In this document: positions 24,880-36,020 of the stretch, piece by piece
Layout: every line of letters begins with the position of its first letter
Position numbering within the stretch: position 1 is the stretch's first letter
Assembly: GCF_052425735.1 (NCBI RefSeq)
Contig: NC_135761.1
Coordinates: 38,812,001-38,876,000, forward strand
Source: Oculina patagonica
Lineage: Eukaryota
DNA length: 64,000 nucleotides
Direction of reading: 5' to 3'
Made by a program: the position numbers and the translations under genes
Notes under the pieces: model-generated
Databases searched by the model: none
Told to the model about the DNA's origin: nothing
What the model saw: the letters and a program-made list of their open reading frames with translations, nothing else

Positions 24880-25870
24880 TTCCGACATCTCGCCCTTATT
24901 TTCTGCTGTTTTTGAACATGCCGGCTGTAAAAAAAAAATCCCTAAAACATAAAAGAGGTTTAATAGAGGAAATAAATCTGAAAAGGAAATGTAAGAACGT
25001 CAATGTGGAAAGTAATAAAGAAAGTAGTAAGACTTGTCAAAGAGGATACACGTATTTAAAACAGCTACTTGAATACAGGAAGAGACATTCAACAACCCTC
25101 AGAAGAAAGCCGTGGGAGGCACCGACAAAGCCTTCTCACAATTTCAAGTTGGAGATGGTCCTGTGCTCCACTCCAAGGTTCTGAATGAAAATTACATTGT
25201 AAATTTGATGCTATTACGCGATGGTTTATGCCAGTGCGTACAAAACAGAGGGCCCTCTCTTTCTCTATGATGTTTCTAAGCCACCAATACGAGTTGGTCT
25301 AGGAGTGGTTCACTGATTGGCCCTTCAGGGTAAATAAAGTGTTTTATTTTTTTTATTTATTTTATTTTTGGTTTTGCAGGTAAGGTACAGGAGCTGTAAC
25401 AAAAAAGCAGAATCAAAACATTTCACTCGCATAGAACTAGAACGCATGGGCCACAGGCAATGACCTTAAATTCTAAAACAGAACTAGCAATGCTCCATAC
25501 TGGTCAAGGATATACTCATCTGAACACAGATTTATGTATTTTGGGCTGTCAAGTGCGACATACATGTACAAAAAATGTGAGCGGGATGTTGGTTCAGCAG
25601 TAGAATCTGTTTGTAAAGAAAGCTGTACACGCTTCAAGGAAAAGAAAAGAGCAGCGTGTTCCAAAGTTGACATGTTCTTACAACCTACGTGATCTTTAAA
25701 TCGATGGCTGCACAAACCTTTAACTCCCTGCTGGACAATATAGACACTATACAGATTATTTTTCTTTCTAACGGCCAGAAGAAAAATTTTACTTCAGAGA
25801 GCAAAGTTCTTAATGTAATCACATTCTTTATATGCATATAGTTTTTGTTTTATTTTTACTACTGTTCTTA
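24880..25870 (+). pseudogene. Degenerate Mutator-like/Kolobok-type transposase N-terminal region (paralogous to 44450-45445)
   Basis: NSKTELAMLHTGQGYTHLN..LG..YKKCERDVGSAVESVCKESC. Nucleotide matches 24900-25165 with 44470-44745 and 25560-25890 with 45100-45445. Confidence 0.6.
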
Positions 25871-26256
25871 TGTTTAATTGTAACATTTTTTAGTAATACT
25901 TTAGGTAAGGGCTCAAATTTTATACTTAGATACTTTAGCCTTACAATAATTAAAGAGAGAAACTTCACAGACAGTTACTCAGAGTTTCACACACGAAGTG
26001 ATCATCAGACTGTGCCGTTAGATGCGGTGAAATACAACTTAAACTACGTTCGTGGAGGACGGTTGGAACGATCCTGTCTCTGATTGGCCGCGTAGTACTT
26101 GTTTTCGTGCCTGCACTTGGTAACAAGCTCAGATCTTTTGTTCAAGAGGGTGGATCTGTCAGCTGATGGTATGCAGAGCTTCTCCGTCAGACACAAATTG
26201 CAGCGTGACGGGTTTCCCCTGTAAGCGCTTGCTCTCGTGACAATGGACCACTTGAT

Positions 26257-27098
26257 CGAAATACGAGAAGCTCCTAAGAGAAAACATCACCAAGAGCTAC
26301 CGTAAATCGGACGAGCAATCCGTTAGCAACATAAACCAGGAGCTGAATGTCATCACTTCCAAGCTTGACATTGGTGATAGGATCGAATCAACTGCAAGAA
26401 GGCAAGCATTTATCTCTATTAAAGACCACAAGGAGAACTTTCAGAATAATCCAAAATGCAGGCTGCTCAACCCAGCGAAGAATAACCTAGGGCTGATCAG
26501 CAAGCAAATTCTTGACAGAGTTAACAACAGCATCAGATCCCAAACTAACGCCAACCAATGGAGAAACACACACTCTGTTATCGATTGGTTCTCTGGTATA
26601 GAAGACAAAAGCCGACACAGCTTCCTAATTTTTGATATAGTTGATTTCTACACGTCCATTTCTGAAGCCCTTCTGAAGTTGTTGCTAAACTACGCGAGGC
26701 AATTTACTACCGTTTCGGATGAAGATGTAGAGATTATCATGCACTCCAGGAAAACCCTTCTATTCAACAACAACGAACCATGGGTCAAAAAAGGTGATTC
26801 GCCTATGTTGGATGTTGTGATGGGCAGTTACGATGGCGCTGAGGTGTGCGAGTTGGTAGGTCTTTATATCCTGCACAAGCTTACATCCACCTACCCGAGT
26901 GGGAACATTGGCCTGAACAGGGATGATGACCTAGCAGAGTTTAAGAATATGAGCGCAAGATCTCTTGACAAGGCAAGGAAAGATTTTTAAAAAGTAATTG
27001 GAGAACTAGGCCTTCAAATAACAGTCCAATCGAATTTGAAAATTGTCAACTACCTGGACGTGACATTGAACCTCTCCACCGGAAAGTTTTGCCCGTAT
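26257..27098 (+). mobile_element. Penelope-like element (Naiad/Chlamys-type) reverse transcriptase fragment
   Basis: LLRENITKSY, IKDHKENFQNNPKCRLLNP, QWRNTHSVIDWF, FDIVDFY, MGSYDGAEVCELVGLYIL, GLNRDD (degenerate YRDD), VNYLDVTLNL. In-frame TAA at 26988. Confidence 0.88.
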
Positions 27099-27109
27099 AT
27101 CACTGGCTA

Positions 27110-27328
27110 AGTGCTCACGCACCCATGTGGCAAAAGGCCTCACACATTTTCAAACACCTTCAGAATTCTGAACGTTGTCACTCCTTGTGTTCAATAGATT
27201 GCTTTTATATTTTAGATCACGCCTCTACCAGCTTTCAACTTAAGATAAAGGAGGCTATCCATATTCAAAAGGAACTACCTTGCCTCAATCAGCAATTACA
27301 CCATGTAAATCTAAAATTATCCTTCTAA
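27110..27328 (+). mobile_element. C-terminal tail of a different Penelope-like GIY-YIG element
   Basis: SHIFKHL...C...CFYILDHASTSFQLKIKEAIHIQKELPCLNQQ. Confidence 0.75.
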
Positions 27329-27340
27329 TTCACACAGTTT

Positions 27341-27604
27341 GGGGAGCAGGGGTGGCGCAGTGGTGAGAGCGCTCGCCTCCCACCAATGTGGACCGGGTTC
27401 GATTCCGGCCTGGTGCCATATGTGGGTTGAGTTTGTTGTTGGTTTTCGTTTCTGCCTCGAAGGTTTTTCTCCGGGTTCTCCGGTTTTCCTCCCTCCACAA
27501 AAACCAACACTCCAAATTCCAATTCGATCTTGGATGTACGTACACGTCTTTACGAGCTCCTGAGCTCTTCCGTGTCACGTGGGTAAATAAATTACATTTT
27601 TTTT
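27341..27604 (+). mobile_element. Full-length tRNA-derived SINE
   Basis: A box TGGCGCAGTGG, B box GGTTCGATTCC, core GGTTTTTCTCCGGGTTCTCCGGTTTTCCTCCCTCC, 3' GGGTAAATAAA and T-rich tail. Confidence 0.9.
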
Positions 27605-27824
27605 CACATTCTGTTGTTACTACTTGTCTTAATTAGCAAAAAGAAGAGTGCCCATGCCACATGATATGGTACGCCGTTTGTTTGAAAATTATTTATACTG
27701 GTGGAACACAATATTAGGTAATTTGTTAAGAAATATATTCAACCTTGATGTCATTCAACTGTTGTAATGGGACAAATCTTACCATTATAAATAATGCCTT
27801 AACTTACATGTAAGTTTACTTCTG

Positions 27825-28068
27825 TGATGAAATAGATTCATCCTTCATATCAATTTACTACCGTGATGAAATAAATTCATCCTTGATATCAATTTTCTAC
27901 CGCGATGAAATAAATTTATCCTTGATGTCAATTTTCTACCGTGATGAAATAAATTCATCCTTGATATCAATTTACTACCACGATGAAATAAATTCATACT
28001 TCATGTCAATTTACTACCGTGATGAAATAAATTCATCCTTGATATCAATTTTCTACTGCGATGAAATT
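27825..28068 (+). repeat. 39-bp minisatellite, ~6 copies
   Basis: Unit GATGAAATAAATTCATCCTTGATATCAATTTTCTACCGT, which gives the 13-aa periodic ORF 27883-28098. Confidence 0.95.
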
Positions 28069-28171
28069 GAGATAAATAACTATTCAAAGTGGCTATGAGC
28101 CACTGAACTCAGAAAATTAATCATGAAAGGGTGAAAATGGTAAGGCTACTGCCACTGGGTGGTCGTCAGTA

Positions 28172-28369
28172 CAGTTGAACCTCTTTAACGAGCACTTCCT
28201 GGGGGGGGGGGAGTCCACAAGTTCTTCAAGACCTCCCAGGGGTTTCAGATAACAAGAGAACATGGCCATAAAATAATTGGGAACTCATGAACAAAAGGTA
28301 TGTTTTGGATATTTTAGGGAACAGGGATCATCACAATTGACAAAATGCTCCGTTAAAGGGGTTCAACTG
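28172..28369. mobile_element. Tc1/mariner-type MITE with TA TSD
   Basis: TA|CAGTTGAACCTCTTTAACGAGCA ... TGCTCCGTTAAAGGGGTTCAACTG|TA. Confidence 0.85.
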
Positions 28370-30164
28370 TACTGCCAATGACCCAGTGACAAGTGAATAA
28401 ATGGAAACTCTGTTCTCAGTGGCCTCAACATTAAGAGGCTGTGAGTTGACATAGCCCATTACCTGGAACATAATTTGTTGTTAATTATTAGGCGTGGACA
28501 TAATGAATTAGTGTTCTTGTAGCTTTTTGCAATCTTGTCCCCAGAGTCCATAACTAAATGATTCTTGGTTCTGAAGAATAACATTGTTGCCTCTGGGGAC
28601 AAGGAAAGAGCATTATATATAAAATGAACAAGTTTCACCCTAATAGGTGCAACAAATATTTATTATTTATTATTTAATATTTAGTTAAAATACTGTACAA
28701 ATAATAATTTACTAAATTAAATGGATTGGTGTCATATCGTCTGGGTGAGTGAAAAGGGACAAAAATTGACATTGACATTGTAATGAACACTGTATTGTCT
28801 TATCAATTCCATTGGAATAATGTAAATGTCGCACGTGCAGACAAAATAATCAAGCCAACATGTACTGTATAATACAATTTGTAAAAATTTATCAATGACA
28901 TTTTTGTCAGGAGCAGGACACATGATAACAGTACTTGGCAAGAAAAATAATTTAACAGCCACAACTTGGACTGTAAACTGTATAACAGTGTGACCTTGAC
29001 TGTCATTTTACTTCAAAGAATAAGTTCATTTCAGTTGTTTAGTTATTATGACTGATTACTCTCTATGTGGCATCAATTAATATATAGATTTAGGCAAGCC
29101 TAAAAGCGGAGCTCCCAGTTATTTCCCCTTAATAATTTTTTAGACTGTTTTTTATTCATGTTATTTTCTTTATATGCGATACGTATCCCTTTTCACCATG
29201 AACAACAGCACCAAATAAGAGTTAAAAAATCGATCAATCAAAAATATCATTAGTAGTCTATGCATAACCTTGGTTCTAAAGATACACTCGCAACTCTCAA
29301 AGTTAAACAAGAACAAAGAAAGGGTTGCTCTAGAACATATCCATACCCCCATCATAACTGGTATGTTACAGCTGTACATAACACAACTGGAACGTTTTGC
29401 ATGTAGCTTCCCCCTCCCCCAAATGGGGGCCCTATACGATGGAATGGTGACAATGACAGTCTTATTATTGCCTAAGGGACCGGTCATTATTTATGTAGAG
29501 GGGGGGAGGGGGAGGGAAAAAATATGTTGGAAAGATCAAAATTTCGGTAAGGCCCCCCCTCCAGGCCATGTAAGTAGCAAGTGACCCCTGCTTCTTTATT
29601 ATATTTACGTGATGACCCCCCCCCCTTCACCTCATATCTCCCTTTATATGCCTTAAGTAATTATTAAATGCATGTTACATACAATCTTAATTGCACACTT
29701 GTTCTGGATACTCTTTCAGCAATAGGGCAAATTTTGGATGAGTTATGTGTATAGCAAAAATACCTCAATTATTAACTCCTTAACTTTGGAAGTGATAGTT
29801 TTTACAAATTATGCTCTCATGGTGAACACAAATGTAATACCGGTAACCATGCAAAATATAATTCTTTTCCAATGATTTTCCTTAAGTGTAAAAGAACTAC
29901 TTTCTTGTTGTTATATCATGTGTTATTACTTCTTGGGCTATTGCAGTGATAATCATTTTGTAAAAAGAAATAATTGCAGTCAAACCAGATATTAAAGCAG
30001 ATAGGTCTGGATTCTTTATTTAACTAAAACTTGAGATAACAATGGAGTTTAGAGTGCAAACAGTATTTCTGTAAAATACAAATCACTAAAGTTGTACATA
30101 ATAGTGGAGTTTAAACAAAAGAAAACAATAGAAATTAGAAAATAGTCCAAAGGAAATACGTGCG

Positions 30165-30173
30165 CTGATTGGT
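30165..30173 (-). promoter_or_regulatory. CCAAT-box-like motif (TGATTGGTT) ~100 bp upstream of the YR start codon
   Basis: The same motif lies at the same ~30-bp offset from the left end in the non-autonomous element (~22345). Confidence 0.4.
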
Positions 30174-30272
30174 TAATAATCGTATCTCCATAACTCGATA
30201 GAAACACAGAAAAGTTGTTGTCGTCAGAGCAGTTAGTCACGGCATTACCGTGAAAGCCAGACGAGGATAAAA

Positions 30273-31702
30273 ATGTTAAATGCCAATGCCAGAGGCGACG
30301 ACGAACCGGTTAAGAAAAAACAAAGATTTGCAAGCTTAGAAGCAAACGAGTTGGACGTTTTATTAGACTCAGCACAGTCTCAAAGTACAAAGTATAACAC
30401 ATCGTTTGCAGTTTCTGTTTACAAAGGTAAGCAACGAAAAAATGTTTATTACAATAAAAAGCTCGGTTTGAAGTCAACAATTTTCAATTAAATTCTATTA
30501 AATTAACTGAAAATAACAAACGTTACTTGTTTTTAGAATGGGCCCAGCACAAAAATGTTGAAAAACCACTACACGAACAAACTGACGAGGAACTCGACAA
30601 CAACTTGAGAGCCTTTTATGCCGAGGCAAGAAACAAGGAAGGCAATGAATACGGAAAATCTACCCTATTGTGTTTGAGAAGCGGAATTGAACGATATCTT
30701 AACTTCCCCCCTTACAACCGAGGTGTAAGGTTTTCCCAAAATCCTGTCTTCAAAAATTCAAACATGATGCTGAACGCCAAAATCAAAGATTTGAAACAAC
30801 AGGGCAAGCAAAACATTGAACACAAACCTGACATTTCCGTACAAGACCTTCAGAAGCTAAAATGTCATCAAGCATTGTCTCCTTCGACTCCTCTCGGCTT
30901 GTTAAGAAATGTTTGGTTTAATACAACGCTGTACTGGTGCCGTAGGGGCCGTGAAGGTCAAAGAAATTTGACCTCCTCGAGTTTTAAGTTCCTCCGAGAC
31001 GAAAACAACCGTCCATACGCCACAATGACACACGATGAGTCGACGAAGAACCACCCAGGCGGCGTTGGTGACATAGAAAGCTTCGAAAAAGAAGGAAGGC
31101 TGTACAAAACAACAGATGATCCCAGCGACGGTTTCAATGCGCTGCAGTTCTACATCTCAAAGCTGAATCCAGAATGTACAGCCTTCTTCCAGTACCCGAA
31201 ACGAAAGTGGTCTCCTTCCGACCCCATCTGGTACGAAAATCGCCCGCTCGGCATTCACAAGTTGGGCACGATGATGAAAGAGATAAGCGAAGTGGCCGGC
31301 CTTTCGATGAAGTATACAAATCATTCAGTGAGGGCAACGGCAATTACCATCTGGTTCAATGCTGGCCTATCCAATCGTCACATAATGGCTATATCCGGCC
31401 ACCGAAATGAGCAGTCATTTAGGAGCTACAACGCACGTCCTTCGTCTGCACAACTCCAACAGAGCAGCGATGTGTTATCGACAGCACTTGGCGCGACTTC
31501 ACAACCTTCAACAGCGCTTCAGATCCAACCACAAGCTCCACAACAGGCCCAGCTATTCTCCCAGATGAGTGCCCAGTCAAATTCGTTCAACAGAAATGCC
31601 ACCTTCACCAACATGTTCTCGGGTTGCTCGATCGGCAGCGTTCAAGTGGTGGTCAAACCATGCGGCGGAATAGATGAGCCGAACGCAAACTACAATCCCT
31701 GA
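30273..31702 (+). CDS. Crypton-type tyrosine recombinase (DUF3504-like; KCTD1/ZMYM/QRICH1-related domain); exons 30273-30426 and 30537-31702, 439 aa
   Basis: GT-AG intron 30427-30536 joins the two ORFs in frame (VYK-E-WAQ). Catalytic residues present: R (CRRGREGQR), K (STKNHPGG), HxxR (TNHSVRAT), H (SGHRN), Y (FRSY). No internal stops. Confidence 0.92.
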
Positions 31703-32011
31703 CTTCTACCAGTTTAAGCATCGGCTTAGTTATTTTGCATTATTTTGTCAAGTTTAAGGCCAAATTTCTTTGATTCCATGACAGAAAACGCTGACTTTTA
31801 GCGTTCTTGCCTACACGTCGAACAGCCTCGAAGAATTGATTTATTTCAGTCGATTGATTCCTTTAGCATGATTGGTTGAGCTTGTTTATGACGTGGTTTT
31901 TGCGAGGTGTAGAGAATCTACGTTTTGAAGACAAATAAAATGGCAATTTTACTTGCGTTCTTCGTTATTTCCTTTGGGCTATTTTCTAAAAGAGATAGAA
32001 AACATTTTTTC

Positions 32012-32045
<34 letters not shown>

Positions 32046-34837
32046 AGTTTGGGAGAACTCGAAAAAGCTGTGGAAACACTCGCCTTCGGCTCGTGTTCCC
32101 AGAGCATTTCTCGTTCTCCCAAACTTCCACTCGTGTTTCTATAACTCGATAGAAACACGGAAAATGTTTTCTATTTCTTAATTATAGCATAAAATTGTAC
32201 AATTTAGCGTCACTGTTTGACTTATAGTGTTTGCACTCTTCTATTTAACTGTTTTACCCAACTCAAACTGCTGATCCCCCTAAATCTTTATAAAATATTT
32301 TAGCCCCCCCCCTCTTGCCACTCTGAAATAGCCTTGACCCCCCCCCCCCTCTACATAAATAATGACTGGTCCCTAACACCAAAAATAACAGCTTCCTGCT
32401 AGCAAACTCAGTAAAAGGTAGTGGCAAGCAAAATATTGACATTCCAGATGTCATTCTGCCAAATAGGGTCCCCAAAACGATAACACCTTTTTCCTTTACG
32501 AGTCCCTTTGCCCTTAGCTTTATTACATGTAAACTTAGCAAAAATTCTGGAGAGGCATAAATACTGTTTGTTACATGTAGTTCTAAACTCAGGTATAGTT
32601 TGCTTGGCAAAAATTTTACCATGCCATTTTACCATTTTACCAGGCATTAAGAGATTGATGAAATGTGTATCTCATTATCATAATTATTGTTCTTTGCAGT
32701 GTGGGCACTGGGAATTAAATGTTTAGGTAGCATGATGATTTTTTTATGTACATGATTGTACCTTATCTGGCTTTATTTCATCAACTTTAAAATTACACCT
32801 GTCCTTATAAATAAATTGTATTCTACAGACAGTACATTTGTACATGCAATGAAGAATAAAATATAATAATCTGATTGTTCATTTATCTCTTTCTGTGTCT
32901 GCAACTCTGTGGAAATTCTGCTACCCGTGTTAACCCTGAAAAAGGCAAAAAAGACATAAGATTTGTTGATGATCATTGGCATCAAATGAATGTTTATAAT
33001 TTTAAATTAGCTTAAATTGTTCAGAACACTCTGCAGATGCATAAAAAAGAGATATATTTTTCCAATTTTTGCCTGGGCCAGGGACTGTGTTGGGGGATAT
33101 GTTCAGAAACAAAAAAATCCTTTGACCTACTGAAGGCATAAATAGTGCTATCAAAAAGACCTGGCATATAACTAAGCTTTGGTGGGTGTTTTCCTATGTT
33201 TTCCCTATTAAATGAGGTGTCTTAAGACTCTTACATGTATATTGCTCTCTGACAGGTGCTGTTGAAAGCACTGTGATTAATTCCACGAAAGCTTACATAT
33301 TCTCCCCTTTCTTAGTGATGTAGCTAAGAAAACACTACGCTGGCTCATCAACAAGCCTAACTGTGAAATTTCAGCTGAGTTAAAATTCTATTTCTTTATT
33401 CGCCTAGTACCACAACAAGACAATTTATGTTAGGTTAGGGCTTAAGCTTACATGTAGATATTAAGATTAGCTGTTAACAAGCGGAATTTGAACAGGTCAA
33501 TTTGCACTTCTCCCACAAAATAATTACAAGTATTTCAGTAATTTGTCGGGTCAGGTAGCAGATCTTGTTGGGTTTTTTTGCCCTCCTACCCCTCCCCCCA
33601 TCCCCTCTTTTCTTGAACAATGAAAACATTACATTTTGTATGTATATTTACATGTGCAGTTACATGTAAATTGTGTATATTAAATTCCAAAAAAGGAACC
33701 ATGATTTTAAGGAAACATAAACTTACCAAGCAGTTAAAACACTTATCATTTTTCAAACCCCAAAATTTTACACTTAAAAAACAAGTTTCATGCTCTAATG
33801 TAGATTCACATAAACTAAACTCTGTCATAGAGCATTTAGAGAAACAAAGGTATAAACTGACACTAATGTTATACTTACCTTCATCATCACAGACATTAAC
33901 TGCACCCCTTGAATTCCTGTTTTCCCTCACTAAAAACAAAATGTACACAATATCAAAAACCCATAAAAGGTATGGAAATCCTAATATAGCAAGTTTTAAA
34001 AATGAAACAGATTTGCTTATATGAAATTAATGATAAACTCAAACTGCCTCTTACAACCTCCATAAATACCGGTCACTCAATTAACCTCGCAAACCTTGAT
34101 GTACATTTGAATGTAAATGTATTTTAAATTTGCTTTAAATGATATTTTCCTCATTGCAGACAGGCACATTTTAAACTTTTTTTTTATTTCAGGATCGAAA
34201 ACTAACCTGCTACTCTTGTAGAAAAAATAATTCAGGCAAAAATATCTGATTAGTCACTGCTTTAGGCTGGAAAACTTTGAAAGGATTAAAAAATTGTACC
34301 AGTCACAACCATCAAGATAGCAATGCTAATAGCCACAATTCCCCTCTGGTTGTCCGGGGCAAGTAGATTTTCCTGTCAAGCAATTAATTTTTCATGCCTG
34401 CTTGCATAATGGGTAAAGGCCCAGGCATATCATGATCATCTGACTACAAGTTAATTATACAGTCACAAGTTTGCTAATACATAGTGTCACATGCACTGTC
34501 CTAGGCCAACAAAATTTGAGAGCTGCTTGTTGACCACAGGGCAAACTCGATTTTTTTTCCAAGTCCTTATCCTATATTATAACTGATCAATTTGGTTGTT
34601 ATAACATAAAAAAGTTCATGATCTTACACATAACATATTAGTGCTTTTTTCTCTATTGTAATTTACAAGAATCCAGGCGTAGTCAATCGATAGAAGTTGA
34701 TATCTCAAATCTGTCGATACAATCGATATCTATTGATATGAATCACAAATTGATAATCGGTAATCGATAACAATAGAACTCACAGAAAAAAATATTATCA
34801 ATTGTTATTAATTGAGAAAATCGATGAAAATCGATAC

Positions 34838-35495
34838 TACCGAAACAGGTAGAGCGCAAATTCAAAAACATGCGTAACGGTTGTTTTCGGCGACAAACGG
34901 CAACGATCTGCGTCACGTGGCTTTGCTTGTCAAATGAAAAAGGTAAACGCACATGGTTACATTCCTTTGCGTTCTGACTTCGTTGTTTGTGCCAAAAACA
35001 ACCATTACGAATGTTTTGGAATTTGCGCTATACCTGTTTCGGTAGTATGTGGTCCTCGGGCCGCCATCAGCAATAATCATGTCGATTATACTGCCTCTTA
35101 GGCTGTCATCGATTGGTTTTCCTGATATAAATGTCCTGCCTTTGCTGTTTACAGAGAACACCATCATCGAAAGCTTCATTAAATGTTGAATGAAACGTTC
35201 AGGAATGTGACTGTGTATGTTGTGGTTTAATTTTGTTTTTGGTTTAAAATTTTTCAAACCAGTTTGGTTTTTATTTTCCATTGTCTCCTATTCATTATCA
35301 TAATCTGAAACAAAGGGAAATAAAAATCAAACTGGTTTGAAAAATTTTAAACCAAAGATAAAATTAAACCACAACATGTACGTTCACCTTTTTTCATTTG
35401 ACAAGCACAGCCACGTGACACAGATCGTTGCCGTTTGGCGCCAAAAACAACCGTTACGAATGTTTTTGAATTCGCGTTCTACCTGTTTTGGTAGT
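34838..35495. mobile_element. Fold-back element with ~115-bp IRs, enclosing a paired-box-like transposase N-terminal fragment (~35060-35167, minus strand)
   Basis: 34838-34952 is inverted relative to 35378-35495, with a partial third arm at 34975-35045. Peptide MMVFSVNSKGRTFISGKPIDDSLRGSIIDMIIADGG resembles the paired-domain start (VNQLGGVFVNGRPLP..R..I). Confidence 0.6.
35216..35378. mobile_element. AT-rich MITE with ~50-bp TIRs
   Basis: ATGTTGTGGTTTAATTTT..GGTTTAAAATTTTTCAAACCAGTTTG ... CAAACTGGTTTGAAAAATTTTAAACC..AAAATTAAACCACAACAT. Confidence 0.85.
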
Positions 35496-35569
35496 AGCAA
35501 TCGACAGTAATCAATAACAATCACTTATACCAAGGAGCCCCTGGAGGTGTAAATGTATATTCATTTTAA

Positions 35570-36020
35570 GGTGATTCCCTAGTATAACATTGCGCATCCT
35601 TGCTTACTGCGCAGAATTTTACGCGTAATAAGCACGCACAGATAAACAAAATGGTGGCTTTTTTCTATGCGGCTTGGCTCGCGCGAGAGAGAAATCATCA
35701 TTTTCTCGTAAACGAGTTCGGTGACCTAGATCATTTTTTCTGTTAGTTCGAAAGTAGCGATCAAATTCTTTCTATAAAAAAAAAAAAACAGATCAATTTC
35801 TATGGCAGAATAATACATTATCACCGAAAAGATGCACTTTCAGCAGTATTCGCAAAAAAAATATAAAGGAATTATATGGTAAATACAAGGTCTTCCTGCT
35901 CCTAAACGAATACGGTGACCCCCCTTTTTTAATTCAAAATTTAACTTCCCTTAAGGTAAACAAACAACTGGCAAAGTTTAGTTGGAAATCTATGAGCAGT
36001 TCTATTTCTAGGGAATTACC
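35570..36020. mobile_element. Kolobok-like non-autonomous DNA transposon with TTAA TSD
   Basis: TTAA|GGTGATTCCCTAG ... CTAGGGAATTACC|TTAA (RR...YY termini). Confidence 0.8.

Larger units (their letters stand above)
30133..32184 (+). mobile_element. Apparently complete autonomous Crypton-like tyrosine-recombinase transposon with asymmetric IR and terminal hairpin
   Basis: Direct repeat AATTA at 30133-30137 and 32180-32184. IR 30136-30158 pairs 22/23 with 31966-31988. Hairpin 31990-32179. Intact YR gene inside. Confidence 0.85.
29476..32373. mobile_element. Non-autonomous TIR element with TAA TSD (PIF/Harbinger-like), host of the Crypton-like insertion
   Basis: TAA|GGGACCGGTCATTATTTATGTAGAGGGGGGG ... 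CCCCCCCTCTACATAAATAATGACTGGTCCC|TAA. Confidence 0.88.

Noticed and set aside
27341-27420. Functional tRNA gene
   Set aside because: The tRNA-like head continues into a SINE core and tail, with no paired acceptor stem or terminator.
27825-28068. CRISPR-like array (palindromic ~39-bp repeats)
   Set aside because: Units are contiguous with no unique spacers, there are no cas genes, and the context is eukaryotic.
30273-31702. Domesticated host gene (KCTD1/ZMYM/QRICH1) or bacterial/phage integrase
   Set aside because: It retains the catalytic Tyr and TE-like ends, lacks BTB/MYM domains and has a spliceosomal intron.
32081-32090. RNA cUUCGg tetraloop or rho-independent terminator
   Set aside because: The stem register gives a 3-nt TTC loop (GCC-TTC-GGC); a UUCG register would misalign the stem. 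No U-tract follows, and the context is eukaryotic.
31918-32144. Short ORFs on both strands over the hairpin
   Set aside because: They are by-products of the palindrome, with no recognisable protein features.
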